This document shows positions 52,237 to 54,591 of a DNA stretch of 54,591 bases, one piece after another. The notes beneath the pieces are model-generated. The model did no database searches, was not told where the DNA came from, and saw nothing but the letters and a program-made list of their open reading frames with translations. A program made the translations under genes and the position numbers. The number at the start of each line of letters is the position of its first letter. Within the stretch, counting starts at the first letter, position 1. Location of the stretch: assembly GCA_964431835.1 (NCBI GenBank), contig CAYSKO010000011.1, forward strand, positions 1 to 54,591, in the 5' to 3' direction. The DNA comes from an uncultured Planctomycetia bacterium (lineage in GTDB: Bacteria > Omnitrophota > Gorgyraeia > 2-02-FULL-51-18).

Positions 52237-52632
52237 ATGCATATCCAATTGCATACCGACGGTAACATCGAAGGTCACGAGGAGCTGGCCACTCAGGTGA
52301 GTGGCGTAGTGGAGAGTGCCTTGAAACGATTCAGCGAGCACATCGCGCGAGTGGAGGTCCACTTGAGCGATGAGAACAGCGACAAGAAAGGCGGCAATGA
52401 CGACATGCGCTGTGTGATGGAAGCCCGCCTCGAAGGCCGCCGGCCTATCGCGGTCACGCATCAGGCAGCGACCTTGGACCAAACCGTCGACGGCGCTGCA
52501 GATAAGTTGACCAGATTGATTGAGAGCACTCTCGGGCGGCTGCGCGATCAAAAGCGGGGCAGGACTGACCCGCCTCCGCCTGGGTCGCTTGACAATTCAC
52601 AAACTACTGAGGAATCAGAGATGAATGAGTAA
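52237..52632 (+). CDS. short HPF/RaiA-family ribosome-associated protein
   Basis: Start at ATG 52237 (AAGGAG SD). MHIQLHTDGNIEGHEELATQVSGVVESALKRFSEHIARVEVHLSDENSDKKGGNDDMRCVMEARLEGRRPIAVTHQAATLDQTVDGAADKL matches the widespread short HPF/RaiA-like family as I remember it. Confidence 0.6.
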   Translation: MHIQLHTDGNIEGHEELATQVSGVVESALKRFSEHIARVEVHLSDENSDKKGGNDDMRCVMEARLEGRRPIAVTHQAATLDQTVDGAADKLTRLIESTLGRLRDQKRGRTDPPPPGSLDNSQTTEESEMNE

Positions 52633-52707
52633 GAGCTGATAGACACCGTAAACGCTTTGGTCGCCGACGAATGTGGCCCCTTATTACTTATATAAAAGCA
52701 GAGGAGA

Positions 52708-54021
52708 ATGAGCATGCACGACCCTCCTAGAGGTTTTAAACGGCTCGCCTGGCTTGGACCGGGATTTCTTTGGATGGTTTCGGCCGCCGGCTCGGGAGAG
52801 CTTCTTTTCACGCCGCGCATCGGCGCTCTCTACGGCTATACGCTTCTCTGGGCTTTACTAGGGGCGGTCGTTTTTAAATGGTTTATCAATCGCGAGGTCG
52901 GGCGCTTCACTGTCTGCACGGGCAAGGCGATCCTGGATGGATTTAATACCATTCCCGGCCCGAAGTCCTGGGCCGTCTGGATTATTCTGGTGCCCCAGCT
53001 TTTCGTGGCCATCGCCACCATTTCGGGTTTGGCCGGTTCCGCCGCGACGGCCCTGGTGTTAATGTTTCCAGGAGACATACGCATTTGGATGGTGGCGGCT
53101 GTTTTTGCTTCCACCGGTCTTGTGTTTTGGGGGAGATACAAGGTCATCGAAAGAACGGCGGTTGCTATCGCGGTAGCCCTGGCCATTACTTCGGTCATCG
53201 CCGCTTTAAGCGTGTTCCCGAGCTACGGCCGGCTTATTTCGGGCCTCATTCCTCGTTTTCCGCCCGGCGCCGATTTTGGGGAAATCCTGCCCTGGCTGGG
53301 ATTCACGCTCTCCGGCGCGGCGGGAATGATGTGGTATTCCTATTGGATCAAGGCCAAGGGGTATGGACTGGCCGGTTTGAAAGAAGAACGCGAGACTCAG
53401 CCTCTGAGCTCCGAAGACACACGCCGCCTCAAAGGCTGGGTGGGCCAAATGACGCTCGATAACAGCATGGCCGTCATCGGAACCCTTATCGTGACGCTCG
53501 CCTTTTTAATTCTTGGAACCGAACTCCTGCAGCCTCGCGGGCTTGTGCCCGAAGAAAACAAAGTCGCGGAAGTCCTTGGACGGCTTCTCGGCGACCTATG
53601 GGGACCCGTTGGTTTCTGGTTCATGATCGTGAGCGTTTTTGTCGGATTTTGGGACACAGTTTTGTCCGATCAGGACGGTTTTACGCGTTTTTTTACGAGT
53701 GGAACAAAAATCCTCCTGAAAACACTTCGAGTGGAAAGAGATTTTAACGAAAAGACGCTGAAAAATATTTATCTTTGGGGGCTTCTGGCAATTTTGCCGA
53801 TTCTTATCTATCTTTTTTTTGGAAATCCGGTGACCCTTTTGAAATGGGCGGGCGCCATCGAAGCGGCCCAGATTCCGGTGCTAGCCGGGTTTACTTTATA
53901 TTTAAATCATCGTTTGCCAAAGAGTTTAAGGCCGTCCCGGACCGCGACTCTCGCGACGATGGCCGCGGCTTTATTCTTCGCGGCGTTCGCCATCGGTTAC
54001 ATTTTCAAGTTCATCCATTGA
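52708..54021 (+). CDS. Nramp-family divalent metal (Mn/Fe) transporter
   Basis: LGPGFLWMVSAAGSGELLFTPRIGALYGY and about 11 TM segments are present. The ATG at 52714 is an alternative start. Confidence 0.8.
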   Translation: MSMHDPPRGFKRLAWLGPGFLWMVSAAGSGELLFTPRIGALYGYTLLWALLGAVVFKWFINREVGRFTVCTGKAILDGFNTIPGPKSWAVWIILVPQLFVAIATISGLAGSAATALVLMFPGDIRIWMVAAVFASTGLVFWGRYKVIERTAVAIAVALAITSVIAALSVFPSYGRLISGLIPRFPPGADFGEILPWLGFTLSGAAGMMWYSYWIKAKGYGLAGLKEERETQPLSSEDTRRLKGWVGQMTLDNSMAVIGTLIVTLAFLILGTELLQPRGLVPEENKVAEVLGRLLGDLWGPVGFWFMIVSVFVGFWDTVLSDQDGFTRFFTSGTKILLKTLRVERDFNEKTLKNIYLWGLLAILPILIYLFFGNPVTLLKWAGAIEAAQIPVLAGFTLYLNHRLPKSLRPSRTATLATMAAALFFAAFAIGYIFKFIH

Positions 54022-54074
54022 AGCTTATTTAATGGGGATCAAAGACGTCATCGCGTTTGCATAGGAGAAACAAA

Positions 54075-54440
54075 ATGAAACCGATCGGAAAAACCAGATG
54101 GGCGATCGCGGAAGGCTACATCCCCGCGACAAGCAGCGGTCCGGCGCCGCAGATGACGAGCCACGAAACGGTCTGTATTTTGAACGCGGGTGACGAAGAC
54201 GCCGACGTGCGGATCACTGTCTTCTACGCCGACAAGGAGCCGGCGGATTCGTATCGCGTCTGCGTTCCCGCCCGCAGGACGCGGCACATTCGTTTTAATG
54301 ACCTTCGTCCAGCCATTTCCGTGGGCACTGATTTCGCGAGCGTCGTCGAGGCCAGTGTTCCGATCGTCGTTCAGCACACGCGCCTCGACTCGAGGCAGGC
54401 CGAGAACGCACTTTTAAGTACGATCGCTTATGCGGAGTGA
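54075..54440 (+). CDS. sensory-rhodopsin-transducer (ASRT) family protein
   Basis: IGKTRWAIAEGYIP...SHETVCILNAGDEDADVRITVFYADKEP...RVCVPARRTRHIRFNDL...TDFASVVEASVPIVVQHTRLDSRQAENALLSTIAYA is nearly collinear with Anabaena ASRT as I remember it. AGGAGA SD. The track ORF starts at 54057. Confidence 0.75.
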   Translation: MKPIGKTRWAIAEGYIPATSSGPAPQMTSHETVCILNAGDEDADVRITVFYADKEPADSYRVCVPARRTRHIRFNDLRPAISVGTDFASVVEASVPIVVQHTRLDSRQAENALLSTIAYAE

Positions 54441-54486
54441 CGAGCGCGAATGCTCGATCCGGATCTCGCCCTTTCTCGCATAAGTG

Positions 54487-54591
54487 TGACCTTCCCCCCA
54501 AAAACTGTCCCACTTGAAGCTTAGTTTCCGAAGGTGTTGACCTTCTCCCAAAAACTAGACCGTTTTGATCTTTAGAATTCCGTCTTCCTGA
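54487..54591 (+). mobile_element. two tandem IS3-family-like terminal repeats (possible start of another IS or a MITE), cut by the window end
   Basis: TGACCTTCCCCCCAAAAACTGTCC (54487) and TGACCTTCTCCCAAAAACTAGACC (54538) both resemble the left end TGACCTTACCCCCTAAAACCGTAC of the IS at 33133. Confidence 0.4.

Noticed and set aside
52633-52707. Leader of the Nramp gene, inspected for a manganese (yybP-ykoY) riboswitch. Leaders of cbiX and cobO were inspected for a cobalamin riboswitch.
   Set aside because: The Nramp leader is only 75 nt and shows none of the conserved riboswitch blocks that I can recognise. The cob genes have no leaders at all because their starts overlap upstream genes. A covariance-model scan would be needed for certainty.

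Overview
This 54.6 kb bacterial window has two compositionally different parts, with almost every gene on the + strand.

**nt 1-20,650 (GC-rich, tightly packed, many ATGA/GTGA start-stop overlaps).** It encodes a TPM-domain protein and a MoxR/DUF58/BatA-E-type 'aerotolerance' operon with fused BatB+BatC-like and BatD+BatE-like genes. After that come CbiX, a NUDIX hydrolase, CobO, and a glycerol kinase that reads through into a signal-peptide/TPR-like segment. The rest comprises an orphan receiver, dCMP deaminase, an MBL hydrolase, a split transketolase, tRNA-Pro and tRNA-Arg, a DUF748/AsmA-like protein, a DUF4118-PAS histidine kinase and tRNA-His.

**nt 20,650 to the end (visibly more AT-rich, different codon usage).** This part looks like an accessory or stress island. 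It contains:
- an orphan TpsA/filamentous-haemagglutinin-like giant gene plus an acyltransferase-3 gene
- a frameshifted 5' fragment of a second tpsA-like gene, cut off by a solo IS3-family end
- an eight-gene operon: a stressosome module (RsbR/S/T/X-like) followed by HK, receiver, KaiB and PAS-HK
- an intact IS3-family (IS407-like) element
- a long run of osmotic, desiccation and oxidative-stress genes: two MscS channels, BON proteins, a TM-HAMP-fused trehalose-6-P synthase, GH15 plus glucose dehydrogenase, Fe/Mn SOD, a baeRF-like plus short HPF/RaiA pair, Nramp, DUF305, DUF2254, YihY and an ASRT homologue

**Most interesting observations.**
1. The stressosome-KaiB two-component cassette has no KaiC and no sigma-factor partner switch in the window.
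2. A recurrent promoter architecture occurs upstream of at least four island operons: three CTAAT-type pentamers phased at exactly 11 nt, then a -10 box.

All family calls come from reading the translations and from remembered motifs. No database search was run.
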